This document shows, piece by piece, positions 25,785-35,510 of a stretch of DNA of 64,000 bases (positions are counted from its first letter, which is position 1; each line of letters begins with the position of its first letter). Position numbers and translations under genes: made by a program. The DNA lies in assembly GCA_964507855.1 (NCBI GenBank), contig CAZDQS010000002.1, forward strand, positions 91,284 through 155,283, written 5' to 3'. The DNA is from an uncultured Candidatus Saccharibacteria bacterium. GTDB taxonomy: Bacteria; Patescibacteriota; Saccharimonadia; Saccharimonadales; CAZDQS01. Under the pieces are notes generated by a model. The model was given only the letters and a program-made list of their open reading frames with translations. It did not search any database and was not told the DNA's origin.

Positions 25785-28292
25785 TTACCGTGTCCAATAG
25801 CCGAGTACGTTTATTCGCAACTGCGATACATCAGCGTTAGCGACCGCCCACTCGAAAACACCGTTAGAATCAACACCTACATTGAAAGTGCCTGCTGCAG
25901 ATTCTCCGCCGGGCGCACGTAATACTATTGTTTCTGCGTTAAAGGTTGCACTGCTCCCGTTTTTTCGTACACTCAGGTTCCGACCTGCGCCCGATGCGGT
26001 TATATATGCGCTGCAATGAACCGCTACCGCGTCTGAGCTGATTTGAGCCGAAACGTCGAGGTCATGCCAGTCAGTGTCACCGGGGTCAGTATTGAGCACC
26101 TGCACGGGGTCTATAGGCACGTAGTAGGTGACATTAGCGAGCTTAGTCTTCTCGGTACTCGTGAAATGCTTGTTGGTCGAACCTGCCGTGATATCGTCTA
26201 GGTCATCGGCAGCTTTCATAAAGGCGCCAGCTGCAGCGACGTTGGTAGCATCGGTGACGTCTGCCCCGGCTTCGATTCCGTCGAGTTTGGAGCCGTCCGC
26301 TGACACGTCCCGGCCGTCAACTGTGCCATCTTTGAGCAATACGCCGTCGATGGTGACGCCAGAGCCAGCTGTGCGTTCCCGGATTGCATTAGTAGCAAGG
26401 TTGTCTCGCGCTATTATCACGGCAAGTGATGAAGAGGCAGAACCGCCATCAAGTGTCAGGTCTTCGACTGCCTTGATTTCATACCCAGAGCCAGCAATAA
26501 CTCCATTGTATGAGTACTGAGCAGTGTTGCTCCCGCTCTTATTGATGATAATGTCACCATCATCTGTAATGGTCGTTTTTGATGAGTCCTGTAACAGCTT
26601 ACCGGTCGTCCCGTCGAAGCGCGCTATGGCATTGTCTGTACTGGAGCCGGGGCCTGCGACATCACCCGTATTTGCAGTAAGGGAGGAAACGTCCTTGCCA
26701 TCGACCAAGCCGTCTTTAATAAGTACCCCATCGATAGTCACGCCAGAGCCGGAACTCCACTCATTCACTAAGTTGGTCTTGAAGCCCTCGGCCGAGATTC
26801 CGTCACCTGTCACAGAGATATTGGATAAAACAATTTTATTAGCTGTCGACGTAGACGAGAGAACGCCGCTATCTATGGTAAACGCGTCAAAGCCTGTCCC
26901 ATCGGTGTCTTTGATGAGCTTACCCGTATCGCCATCGAAGACTGCTATACCATTTGCAGTCGACTCATTGGGGCCAGTCACGTCACCTGAGCCACCCCCA
27001 CCACCGCTATTAGCATCAACGTAGGCTTTCACGCTTTGCTGGGTAGGCACTTTAGTGGCGGAGTCAGAAGCCATGTCATCTTCATCAATCACAAAGCTCA
27101 TGTTGGCGGTTGAGGTATCAGATTCCATCACGGCTCCAGCAGCAGCTACGTTGGTCGCATCAGTCACATCTGCGCCATCCTCGACATTGAGATGCGACAG
27201 TAAGCTAGTCTTGTTAATACCTAGCGCAATCGTGCCGTTAGAAGTGATCGGAGAGCCGGAATCTACCTCTATCCCGTCAGAGCCGGAGACGGCTACGGAC
27301 GTAACTGTTCCGGCATTAGACGTATAGCCCGCGTCATTGGTGAGTTCGGAGATGTTATCACCGGATTGAAGTGCTGAATCGGCTTTAGATAGGGAGGATT
27401 GCGTACCGCTATCAAGTGCAACGGTGAGTTTATCTGTGTTTTCCGCTACGGTGTCGATTCCCGTACCACCAGCAATCGTCAAGGTATTGCCGTCAGAGAT
27501 GGTCTGCGGCGTACCAGAATCACCCGCCACGGTGAAGTCATCCATACTCCCACCACCTCCTCCTGATACGGTCTCCCATGAGGCGGTCGTACCGTTCGTG
27601 GAGAGGAACTTACCGCTGTTTCCGGATTGTTCGGGCAGGACATCATCCGCATCTAAGGAAACTGCGCCCGTCTGACCATTGACCGAATCGACGGTATTTA
27701 CCTCTGCACCGGCCTCGATACCGTCCAGCTTGTCTTTTAGGGCTGAAGTAAAGGCTTTGTTGGTCGTGCCATCTGTCAGGTCATCAAAAGTTGAAGGGAT
27801 GGACGGCTTATTATCAAGGTCATCGTAGTCGCCGCTAAAGAGTGATGGTGTGTTAGCCAGGTCATTGTAATCACCTGTCGCAGCAACAGTAGCTAAATCC
27901 TCCGGCTGGACGGCAGTATCAGCGTTAGCAAGCTGCTGCGCGGTAGCGAACTTATGGTCTGTAGTACTGTCATCAATGTCATCGGCATCCAGCACGACAG
28001 CTCCGGTCTGCCCATTTACCGATTCAACGGATCCGCCGGATCCGCCGGAGATAGTTTGTGGGATAAATTTGCCTGTAGCGGTATCCCACGCCAACGCCTG
28101 ATTATCTGACGGCGTACCGGAAATAACGACATCATCCATGTCGCTAAGTGACAGCGTAATAGCCCCCGTCTTACCTGCTACGGAGTCTACTAAGCTTGGT
28201 TTACCTGCCCCGCCAGCAAAATGTGGCTGAAAATCCTGCTTTGGCGCTTGGGAGATACCAGAGGGAGAAAACGGGTCAAGAACGAATCGCAT
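25785..28292 (-). CDS. tail fibre with internal sequence repeats
   Basis: 835 aa. Repeats include SVNGQTGAV(V/S)LDADD, LDGIEAGA(E/D)V and GSGVTIDGVL(I/L)KDG.VDG(K/R)DVS. Ser/Gly/Thr/Asp-rich fibre composition. Confidence 0.7.
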   Translation of the reverse strand: MRFVLDPFSPSGISQAPKQDFQPHFAGGAGKPSLVDSVAGKTGAITLSLSDMDDVVISGTPSDNQALAWDTATGKFIPQTISGGSGGSVESVNGQTGAVVLDADDIDDSTTDHKFATAQQLANADTAVQPEDLATVAATGDYNDLANTPSLFSGDYDDLDNKPSIPSTFDDLTDGTTNKAFTSALKDKLDGIEAGAEVNTVDSVNGQTGAVSLDADDVLPEQSGNSGKFLSTNGTTASWETVSGGGGGSMDDFTVAGDSGTPQTISDGNTLTIAGGTGIDTVAENTDKLTVALDSGTQSSLSKADSALQSGDNISELTNDAGYTSNAGTVTSVAVSGSDGIEVDSGSPITSNGTIALGINKTSLLSHLNVEDGADVTDATNVAAAGAVMESDTSTANMSFVIDEDDMASDSATKVPTQQSVKAYVDANSGGGGGSGDVTGPNESTANGIAVFDGDTGKLIKDTDGTGFDAFTIDSGVLSSTSTANKIVLSNISVTGDGISAEGFKTNLVNEWSSGSGVTIDGVLIKDGLVDGKDVSSLTANTGDVAGPGSSTDNAIARFDGTTGKLLQDSSKTTITDDGDIIINKSGSNTAQYSYNGVIAGSGYEIKAVEDLTLDGGSASSSLAVIIARDNLATNAIRERTAGSGVTIDGVLLKDGTVDGRDVSADGSKLDGIEAGADVTDATNVAAAGAFMKAADDLDDITAGSTNKHFTSTEKTKLANVTYYVPIDPVQVLNTDPGDTDWHDLDVSAQISSDAVAVHCSAYITASGAGRNLSVRKNGSSATFNAETIVLRAPGGESAAGTFNVGVDSNGVFEWAVANADVSQLRINVLGYWTR

Positions 28293-28902
28293 TGACCGCC
28301 TCGCTAAGTACTAAGTATTCATGCCCGATACGGTTGCTCCAGCCATCTTCGTAGTTTCCTATGCCAAAATGATACCGCAGCGTCGTTTCATCGTTCTTTA
28401 GGATGTACCACGCACCGTTCGTGTCGGTAAAACCTACGTACTGCGTTCCATCCGGTGCGTTGTCGAGGTCTTGCGCCCGAAAGCATGTCAGATCGACGGT
28501 ATCAGGCTTCTTGAGCGCATCAAGTAGTGGAGAAAAGTTAATTTCACGTTCTTCGATGACGACTTTTGGCTGCGGAACGTTTACGACCGGCGAAGGGAGT
28601 TTTATCCCTTTAATCGACTCTGCGATTTGCTCAATTGCCCCGATAATAGGCGTAAGATCTACTTGAACGGTTTCGATAGCGTCTTTAATGTCTCGGAGCT
28701 GATCGCTTTGGTGCTTATTAAGTGTCCGGCCGTCTTTGAGCAGCGCATCAAGCTTCTTCACTATTCCGGTAAGGTCGGTTGGGCGTTTTGCAAGAGATTT
28801 CCGCAGCTCTTTCAGATGAACGTTAATATCATCAAACACCTCTTGGTGCTGTGCTTCTTTCTGTGCTGTCCGTTTTGAACGGATGGTTTCAAGATGATCC
28901 AA
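28276..28902 (-). CDS. hypothetical structural protein
   Basis: 208-aa ORF with a TTG start directly behind late promoter copy 4. Confidence 0.5.
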   Translation of the reverse strand: MDHLETIRSKRTAQKEAQHQEVFDDINVHLKELRKSLAKRPTDLTGIVKKLDALLKDGRTLNKHQSDQLRDIKDAIETVQVDLTPIIGAIEQIAESIKGIKLPSPVVNVPQPKVVIEEREINFSPLLDALKKPDTVDLTCFRAQDLDNAPDGTQYVGFTDTNGAWYILKNDETTLRYHFGIGNYEDGWSNRIGHEYLVLSEAVNAIRS

Positions 28903-28916
28903 GGCGTTATTCCAGC

Positions 28917-28943
28917 CCTGCCCGTGTTAGTAACATTATATCA
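28917..28943 (-). promoter_or_regulatory. phage late promoter and leader, copy 4
   Basis: Minus strand reads TGATATAAT-GTTACTAACA-CGGGCAGG. Confidence 0.6.
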
Positions 28944-29591
28944 TTTTCCCCAGAGATGTTGACGGCTACTGTAGAGATGTGAGCCGTGAGAGCTATGCTG
29001 TGCGGATGCTTCATAGTCCTTGTCGTGTGGAGCTTTACCATTCGACCAATGAAGATGCTCGACAATAGACTCTTTACATCTTGCAAACACCCCTCTGAAC
29101 ATCGCTGTCTCAAACTGCTCAGTTTCGCTGAAGTCATGAACATACTCCGGATGAAACAGGAGGTTATCGCAATCAACACACCCGCCCTGTTCTTCGATGT
29201 ACTTCCGGCTGATTAAAGCTTGTGTCCCGTTCGGGTTTAGCAGGTCATCCGGCACGATAACCGAATAGTCTTTGGTGAGTGCTAAGAGCGGCGCAAGCCA
29301 ATTAGGGTGAAATTTACTGTCGTCACTCCCGGTAAACAAATACGGCTCGGTAGTTTTGCGGTACATGGTATTCATGCGGGTCACGTAGTCAGTGCTCCCC
29401 TCGTCCTCGATGAGCTGTGCGTCCATTTCCCGAATAATCTTCCGTGAGTCCTCATTTTGGGTCATGAAGTAGATTTCATGCTCCTCTGGTGTGGTTTCAC
29501 GGATGTTTTCAATCAACCCTTTAACAAGGTGAGTTCTGTTGAGGTGCGGGATAAGGATAGCTACAGCCATTCCGGATTTTCCAGTGTCCAT
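28941..29591 (-). CDS. GT-A-fold glycosyltransferase-like protein
   Basis: MAVAILIPHLNR...LFTGSDDSKF shows an N-terminal Rossmann-like strand and an acidic DD motif. An alternative start lies at 29570. Confidence 0.5.
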   Translation of the reverse strand: MDTGKSGMAVAILIPHLNRTHLVKGLIENIRETTPEEHEIYFMTQNEDSRKIIREMDAQLIEDEGSTDYVTRMNTMYRKTTEPYLFTGSDDSKFHPNWLAPLLALTKDYSVIVPDDLLNPNGTQALISRKYIEEQGGCVDCDNLLFHPEYVHDFSETEQFETAMFRGVFARCKESIVEHLHWSNGKAPHDKDYEASAQHSSHGSHLYSSRQHLWGK

Positions 29592-30550
29592 TGAACAGTC
29601 CTTTTGAGTGATTCTTCAAATGGAATAGGGTGCGTCCATCCGGCTTGCTTTAGCTTTTCTCCGGACATGGCATAGCGTAAATCATGTCCTGGGCGGGCTT
29701 TGTCTGCGTCCAGCAGTTCGTACTTCAGAGGCTTCCCGATAATCTCTGCAACCTTTTGAGCGATAGTCAGATTGTCGTATTCTACTTCCCCGACAACGTG
29801 GTATTTCGATGGTTCGGTAGATTCCGGGTATTCATTCGGAATAATGTGCTTGGCGATATGCAGGAGGGCATCTGCTTGATTGCGAGCGTGGAGGTAATGC
29901 CGCATACCAGGCTGACCATTTTTAGCGTGTATCTGGACGGTTTCGCCGCCTAGCACCTTTTTCACAATTAATGGGATGTACTTCTCTGAGTCCTGTCGTT
30001 CTCCGAAGATATTCATAGTATTGGTGATGATTATAGGCACTCCGTAGGTTCGCCAATACGCAAACCCTATCGCTTCTTGTGCGGATTTCGAGGCGGCGTA
30101 CGGAGACGAGGGATAGTGCGTATCCCATTCCGAGTGCGCTCCTTCTCTTGCCGGACCATACACTTCATCAGTCGATACATGGATAAACTTGCGGGGCTTG
30201 ATCTCTCTTGCCAATTCCATCATGTACAGCATCAGATTGACGTTGTTTTGGATGAACGGAACAGGATCTTCAATCGAGCGTAACACGTGCGATTCACTGG
30301 CAATATTGATGATGATGTCTATTCTTGGAAGTCGTTTAATAAACACGTCAGAGAACGGAACGGTCAGGTCATGCGTCAGCACCGTTACTCTATCTTTGTT
30401 CTTCTGATAATGTTCGGAGTCAGCGATTCTCTCTCCAACTCCTTTATGACGGAACGATTCAATACAGACAATGTCCCAATCCGTATTGACCAATAAATGC
30501 TCCAGAACATGCGAGCCGACAAAGCCGGACGCTCCTGTTAATAAGACCAT
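29561..30550 (-). CDS. NAD-dependent sugar-nucleotide 4,6-dehydratase (dTDP-glucose dehydratase-like SDR)
   Basis: Motifs TGASGFVGSH and STDEVYG, and SPYAASK matching the YxxxK catalytic motif, as in RmlB-type extended SDRs. Confidence 0.8.
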   Translation of the reverse strand: MVLLTGASGFVGSHVLEHLLVNTDWDIVCIESFRHKGVGERIADSEHYQKNKDRVTVLTHDLTVPFSDVFIKRLPRIDIIINIASESHVLRSIEDPVPFIQNNVNLMLYMMELAREIKPRKFIHVSTDEVYGPAREGAHSEWDTHYPSSPYAASKSAQEAIGFAYWRTYGVPIIITNTMNIFGERQDSEKYIPLIVKKVLGGETVQIHAKNGQPGMRHYLHARNQADALLHIAKHIIPNEYPESTEPSKYHVVGEVEYDNLTIAQKVAEIIGKPLKYELLDADKARPGHDLRYAMSGEKLKQAGWTHPIPFEESLKRTVQWTLENPEWL

Positions 30551-30951
30551 TCTTTTGCCTCCTTATCTTTGGTACTGATGTGTGTAATTGGTAGCGGCCA
30601 GTTGATTGTTAGTGGATTACACCCAAAGTCTCCAGCGGGGTTGTATTCTCCGTCCATTGCATAACAGACAATAGAATCCTCCAACGCCTGAAAGCCATGT
30701 GCGTAACCTTTAGGGATTTCAAAGATGTTCTGGGCGGTGGAGTCTATCACCCGTTCCTCTACCGCACCTGTTTCTAAGTCCATACGTACGTCATAGATTT
30801 TTCCAAACGGAACCCAAACCCACTTTGTGACAAATGGCTCTTGGTAGTGCAGCCCTCGCACGGTTCCTTTCTTGCTAAATGATTGGTTGATCTGCTTGAT
30901 GTCGGCTCGGATAACCTCTCGGAACGTGCCTCTATCATCGTGATGAATCAT
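30538..30951 (-). CDS. RmlC-like cupin (dTDP-4-dehydrorhamnose 3,5-epimerase family)
   Basis: GTVRGLHYQ and YAHGFQAL motifs; 137 aa; overlaps both neighbours. Confidence 0.65.
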   Translation of the reverse strand: MIHHDDRGTFREVIRADIKQINQSFSKKGTVRGLHYQEPFVTKWVWVPFGKIYDVRMDLETGAVEERVIDSTAQNIFEIPKGYAHGFQALEDSIVCYAMDGEYNPAGDFGCNPLTINWPLPITHISTKDKEAKEWSY

Positions 30952-31670
30952 AGTCCTGCCTCCTTGAGACGGTCATCATAGCCTCTATCGGTCATGGTCT
31001 TTTGGTAGTACTCCGGAAAGTCTTTCCAGTTGCTAGTGTTAGCAAACGTCCTGCCTAAGTTTTCAGTCATATGTCCGACAAGATAGCCTCTTGCTTTGAT
31101 CAGACTGGAAAACTGTGAATCTTCTTGCAGAGGACTATTCCGGCCGTCATTCCACATCAGTTCCGGATAGCGCACTCCCTCATCCCACAGTTTCCGGCGG
31201 ATAATGTTCGGGCCGCCGACGCAGCCAGGCCACGGGTTTAGCACCTTGCCGTTAATCTCCATCTCCCGCAGTTTGGCTTTAGGGTCTTCTATGGCCTCAT
31301 GATCGAGTCCTAATTGTCCAAGTTCGGGAATTTTCTTGAAGTAATCGGCGGCGGTATGATCCCATCCCTTCATAAGCTGCATGTCATTATCCAGTCGCAT
31401 AAGATGGGTTGCTCCGGTGTATTCTTTCAGACCTGCTTCCCATGCAATATTTGCGGCCTTGCCAGGATAGTAGTTCTCCGGATTGAAGATAATCTTGTCG
31501 ATTCGTTCCCGCTTCTCATGCCTTTGTAAGTACTCAACCGTTCCATCTGTCGAAGCGTTGTCGATCACCACGAGGTAATACGGCACGTCAATCGTATTCC
31601 AGAAATAGCGGAGTGTTTTGCGGGTATAGGCTAGACGGTTATAGGTGATGAGACATACTAATAGATTCAT
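30948..31670 (-). CDS. family-2 glycosyltransferase
   Basis: LVCLITYNRLAYTRKTL...LVVIDNASTDGTVEYL. ATG at 31670 with a GGAG RBS and an ATGA overlap. Confidence 0.75.
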   Translation of the reverse strand: MNLLVCLITYNRLAYTRKTLRYFWNTIDVPYYLVVIDNASTDGTVEYLQRHEKRERIDKIIFNPENYYPGKAANIAWEAGLKEYTGATHLMRLDNDMQLMKGWDHTAADYFKKIPELGQLGLDHEAIEDPKAKLREMEINGKVLNPWPGCVGGPNIIRRKLWDEGVRYPELMWNDGRNSPLQEDSQFSSLIKARGYLVGHMTENLGRTFANTSNWKDFPEYYQKTMTDRGYDDRLKEAGL

Positions 31671-32482
31671 TCCATGCTCCAATCCACCACAAGGGCTTTC
31701 TTGGGCGCACGTTTACCGAGCTTCTTGCGGATGAGTTTACGGGCGTGTTCTTCACTGGTGTTGATTGTTCCGGAAGGTGTGATAATTTCTACTAAGTTGC
31801 CTTTTGGCTGCACAGGCCAGCTTTTTACCGTATTCAATAGATGGCCTTTGATAACCAGCGTCCATTCCTCTATCTGGTGCGCTCCGTTGTTGCTTCCGGC
31901 TTTGCCAAGGGCTTTGAGTTTGCGCTGTCCAAGAGTCCGAGGTATCTTGTGTATCGGAATATTCCGGCGGTACAGTTCCATACAGAAGTTCACATCATGC
32001 AGCCCATAACCGATAGAGGTTGATCGAACGGGCTGCATCTTCAGGAAGTCTCCATAATTCTTGATGTTCCACTTCACATCGGTACGGAAATACGGTGCGG
32101 TGAGTTCGTCGAACACTTCACGTTTTACGAGCAGACAACCAGTACCGCAGAAGATAACTTGTTTACCAACACTGAATACTGCTCCCCGTCCATTTTCATT
32201 AACTGGATAATCTGCCGTAACTACCGCTTTGTCCTTTTTGAGCATGGTTTGTAAGGTGTTTGGCGGGATAATCATGTCATCTTCTACAAACCACAGATGG
32301 GTAATTTCAGGATTCTGTAATGCTTCTGTAGTGGGAGTTTCAAAACAGTCCGGTATCGGTTTGCGGTGTGCGAAGTAAAACTTGTGCGGTATATCTTTCA
32401 CGTTCTTCAGGACTTCCTCGGCGGTGCGAGAGAACATCAAACCTCTGGAGGGAAGAATAACGGCGACTTTAACGGACGACAT
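31667..32482 (-). CDS. GT-A-like putative glycosyltransferase, paralogue 1
   Basis: VAVILPSRGLMFSRT...FAHRKPIPDCFETPT...WFVEDDMIIP. AAGGAG RBS before the ATG at 32482. Paralogous to the next gene. Confidence 0.5.
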   Translation of the reverse strand: MSSVKVAVILPSRGLMFSRTAEEVLKNVKDIPHKFYFAHRKPIPDCFETPTTEALQNPEITHLWFVEDDMIIPPNTLQTMLKKDKAVVTADYPVNENGRGAVFSVGKQVIFCGTGCLLVKREVFDELTAPYFRTDVKWNIKNYGDFLKMQPVRSTSIGYGLHDVNFCMELYRRNIPIHKIPRTLGQRKLKALGKAGSNNGAHQIEEWTLVIKGHLLNTVKSWPVQPKGNLVEIITPSGTINTSEEHARKLIRKKLGKRAPKKALVVDWSME

Positions 32483-33269
32483 CGTAGCTCCTTCCATCGT
32501 TTAGGTAGGGCTGGTTGTTCTCGTCATACGAGATAAACGGCGGTTTATGCTCCCAAATCTTCACCTTTCGCACCCGATTCAGCGCCCCTCGGAACAGTTC
32601 AGCGTTTTCTTCGGTGATCATGCCGGATACGAGGTCTCTGCCAACTTTGGTTAGTTCGTAAATCTCATGCGCTCCCTCGTTCGTACCCTTGCCGCCTAAT
32701 TGCCGGAGCTTACGTTGTCCGGCGGTTTCCGTCATGACGTAAATCGGCAATCCGGCGCTGTAAAGTAAGAGTCCAAAGCGCAAATCATGCAAACCGTAGT
32801 AGACTTTATCGAGTTTCCGAGGCCAGAAGTGGATGGTGTCAGTATCTATAAACGGGTCAAAGGTTGTGTCGGTTCTCCATACTGGTTGTTCCATCTGCTG
32901 CAAGACTGATTTCGCTACCAACAAGAATCCCGTACCCGTCCAGAACGCCATGCCTTGCGGATCGTGCAGACACGTTGAGTCTCCGTCTTGTTGGAACGGG
33001 TAATCCAGTGCGACGACAGGATAGCGAACAGCGAACATTTTCTTGAGTATCCCTTTGGGGATAATCATGTCGTCTTCGCAGTAGAGAACGGCGTATACGT
33101 CCTTGTCTGCGAGTACTTTTTCAGTTGGTTCGTTAAAAGCTTCCGGCAAAGGCCGCTCGTGAGCAAAGAATATCTCGTAATTAAGTCCTTCAAGTTCGCC
33201 CAGCAGCTCCTCAAAGGTTTCCGAAAACAACAAGCCACGGCTCGGTAGTACTACCGCTAATTTGTCCAC
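32469..33269 (-). CDS. GT-A-like putative glycosyltransferase, paralogue 2
   Basis: LAVVLPSRGLLFSET...FAHERPLPEAFNEPT...YCEDDMIIP, collinear with paralogue 1. Confidence 0.5.
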   Translation of the reverse strand: MDKLAVVLPSRGLLFSETFEELLGELEGLNYEIFFAHERPLPEAFNEPTEKVLADKDVYAVLYCEDDMIIPKGILKKMFAVRYPVVALDYPFQQDGDSTCLHDPQGMAFWTGTGFLLVAKSVLQQMEQPVWRTDTTFDPFIDTDTIHFWPRKLDKVYYGLHDLRFGLLLYSAGLPIYVMTETAGQRKLRQLGGKGTNEGAHEIYELTKVGRDLVSGMITEENAELFRGALNRVRKVKIWEHKPPFISYDENNQPYLNDGRSYDVVR

Positions 33270-33271
33270 GA

Positions 33272-33625
33272 CTATTCTCCAGGTTGGAGTTCTGGATATT
33301 CAGTGCGAAGCTGCTCAATGAGCTTCTTGACCATAATGATGCCGTCCGTAAATTGTGCGACAGTGTTTTTATGCTCGGAGAGGTTGTTATTACCCTTTAG
33401 TCTCAAAGCTTCTTTGTCGCTTTGCTGCAATCGGCGGGCATGAATGACGTTGACCCGCTCCCGCCACGCCTGTGATTCAAGTTCTTCGAGTTGCGCCTGT
33501 AAAAAAGCCAGCTTGCGGAATGGAGTTGGCTCCGCTTCTGCTGGTATGTTGAATTCTTTTACGGTCTCTTTATCGACAGCCAGAGGGTTGTCTATCACTT
33601 TGTATTCTTGGGAGGCATCAGCCAT
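33272..33625 (-). CDS. hypothetical coiled-coil protein, first gene behind late promoter copy 5
   Basis: 117-aa ORF; ATG preceded by GGAG in the conserved leader. Confidence 0.5.
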   Translation of the reverse strand: MADASQEYKVIDNPLAVDKETVKEFNIPAEAEPTPFRKLAFLQAQLEELESQAWRERVNVIHARRLQQSDKEALRLKGNNNLSEHKNTVAQFTDGIIMVKKLIEQLRTEYPELQPGE

Positions 33626-33639
33626 GAGTAATACTCCGA

Positions 33640-33667
33640 CCTGCCCGTGTCAGCCAGTAGTATAGCA
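33640..33667 (-). promoter_or_regulatory. phage late promoter and leader, copy 5
   Basis: Minus strand reads TGCTATACT-ACTGGCTGACA-CGGGCAGGTCGGAG. Confidence 0.55.
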
Positions 33668-33685
33668 GAATGTACTAATTTTTCA

Positions 33686-33715
33686 TACAAAAAGAGAGGT
33701 CAGAACGACCTCCCT
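33686..33715 (-). terminator. intrinsic terminator after the capsid gene
   Basis: Minus strand reads GGGAGGTC-GTTC-TGACCTCTC-TTTTTGT. The G-U pair forms only in the minus-sense RNA. Confidence 0.6.
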
Positions 33716-33735
33716 TAGTGCGATTCGACAACAGA

Positions 33736-34608
33736 CTAGTGCTTGAGCACGAAGCCGAAGCCGTCTCGAAGCTCCTTGATGCCGTACAGAACGTCCACGG
33801 TCACCAACCAGCCCAAGTATTCCTGCTTGTACTGAGATTGGGTGCGTGGGGTCTTCTGCATAGCAACAGCGAAGGACTCCTTGTGGAAGAACAGCGAGTT
33901 GTACTCGTCCGTAGCGGTGTCGAGGTACACGAGGTTTTGGCTCATGAACACGTCAGCGCCGTAGATTCGTCCAATCTTACCGTTCTTGATGGAGTTGCTG
34001 TCACCACCTACGCCAAGTGCGTCATAGCGAACGTACTTGTCGATAGCTAACAGTTCCTGCTCACCCTTAGGATGAACAACGATGGAACGGTCAGAGCGTG
34101 GTGCTTTGTTTTCGCTCAGGTAGCGGTTAACGGTCAGAATGAGGTTGTCATTGATAGCCGTACCGTATGCGCCGTAGCCGTCAAAGGCATCGGTCATAGC
34201 CTGTGCGATGTCAGCGTCAATCTTCTCAGCGATTGCGTAAGCAGCCGCCTTCGTGTAGTCGCTTCGCAGGTCATACTGTGCTTGAGTCGCTGCGATGTCT
34301 TCTACTAAGAATGAGCTTTCGTAGTGTTTGTCTATGTTTATGGTTGTTTTTGTTTCGGTGTTGTAGTTCAACGTAACGACAGTGTTCTGCGCCTTCAAGT
34401 TAGCTGAGATTGCAGATACATTCGGGATTTCTACGGTCTGACCCTTGCTCTGAACTTCACGGTCATAGTGTTTGATGAGCGGAAGCAGGACAAGGTTGCT
34501 CTTAACGAACATAAGGACTTCGTTCGCCCATACATTCGGAGCAAATACGTCAGCAGCAGTCGTACCGATGTTTACGTTACCTGAACCATATGCGCCAGTT
34601 GTGGACAT
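33736..34608 (-). CDS. major capsid protein
   Basis: 290 aa, directly after the scaffold gene and followed by its own terminator. N-terminus MSTTGAYGSGNVNIGTTAADVFAPNVWANEV is typical of phage coat proteins. Confidence 0.7.
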   Translation of the reverse strand: MSTTGAYGSGNVNIGTTAADVFAPNVWANEVLMFVKSNLVLLPLIKHYDREVQSKGQTVEIPNVSAISANLKAQNTVVTLNYNTETKTTINIDKHYESSFLVEDIAATQAQYDLRSDYTKAAAYAIAEKIDADIAQAMTDAFDGYGAYGTAINDNLILTVNRYLSENKAPRSDRSIVVHPKGEQELLAIDKYVRYDALGVGGDSNSIKNGKIGRIYGADVFMSQNLVYLDTATDEYNSLFFHKESFAVAMQKTPRTQSQYKQEYLGWLVTVDVLYGIKELRDGFGFVLKH

Positions 34609-34624
34609 AATGTGGTTCTCCTAT

Positions 34625-35377
34625 TTAGTTTCGTGCTGCCATAGCCCGGTTGATAGCGTCATAGTTCTTCCGGAACCATTCCTGGCCGTTCTGCGCTACG
34701 AGCTGGTCAACGTTTTGCGGAGTAATGCTTTGGGAGTTCACGGAACTCGATACGGCATTTCCCCGTGGCACGGCGGCGGTTTGTTTGTGGGCTAAGGACT
34801 GAAGGGCTTCCTTCTTTCCTTGGGACTTCACAGCGTCCAAATTGCTTGCCTTTACCACCGCATAGAGAGCTTCGAGGTCTCCCGCTAGGTGAGGGCGTTT
34901 TACGAGTTCAGCTACCATGTCCTGTTCAAGTTCCCTTGCGTCAGGATGTGCGTTGAAAAAGTCACGAACCGCTTCTTTTACCTCCACACGCTGGACTCGT
35001 TTAAGCAATTCCGGATCTTGTCCGGTAGAATCAGCAATCTGCTCGGCGTACTCGTCTGAAGTATTAGTTAACGACTTCTCTAGTTCGCTGGCTTTTTGCC
35101 GTGTTCGCTGGTACTCCGCATTGTTGTCGTAGGCAATTTTGAGTAGTTTCTGTTCCCTCTCGGAAAGCTGTGAAACGTCCTCAATGCCTTGACCCTTTGC
35201 AAAGCTCTGGAGCTTTTCGTCTATACTGGGTAGTGAATCCTCTGATTCGCCCTGTGTCGATTCGCTCGGTTTATCGGTGGATTGAGATACCGCCGTCTCG
35301 TTGTCGTTCTGAACTGGTAGTGCTGTATCAGCGCCAGTATCTTGAGCGACAGATTCGGTAATGGTTTGTTCTTCCAT
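34625..35377 (-). CDS. scaffolding protein
   Basis: 250-aa acidic, helical, low-complexity protein between portal and capsid. Confidence 0.6.
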   Translation of the reverse strand: MEEQTITESVAQDTGADTALPVQNDNETAVSQSTDKPSESTQGESEDSLPSIDEKLQSFAKGQGIEDVSQLSEREQKLLKIAYDNNAEYQRTRQKASELEKSLTNTSDEYAEQIADSTGQDPELLKRVQRVEVKEAVRDFFNAHPDARELEQDMVAELVKRPHLAGDLEALYAVVKASNLDAVKSQGKKEALQSLAHKQTAAVPRGNAVSSSVNSQSITPQNVDQLVAQNGQEWFRKNYDAINRAMAARN

Positions 35378-35396
35378 CGTAATCCTTTTTCTGTCC

Positions 35397-35433
35397 CCTG
35401 CCCGAATGGGGAGACTAGAATATACCGGGCAGG
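35397..35433 (-). promoter_or_regulatory. variant late promoter flanked by inverted CCTGCCCG / CGGGCAGG
   Basis: Minus strand reads CCTGCCCGGTATATTCTAGTCTCCCCATTCGGGCAGG, upstream of the scaffold gene. Confidence 0.4.
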
Positions 35434-35510
35434 TATAGAAAGTAATCTTTCCGTTTAGTTTTTAAACTAATCCTAGTCTCTCCGTTCTGATAGGTGACAA
35501 TTAGAAAGCT

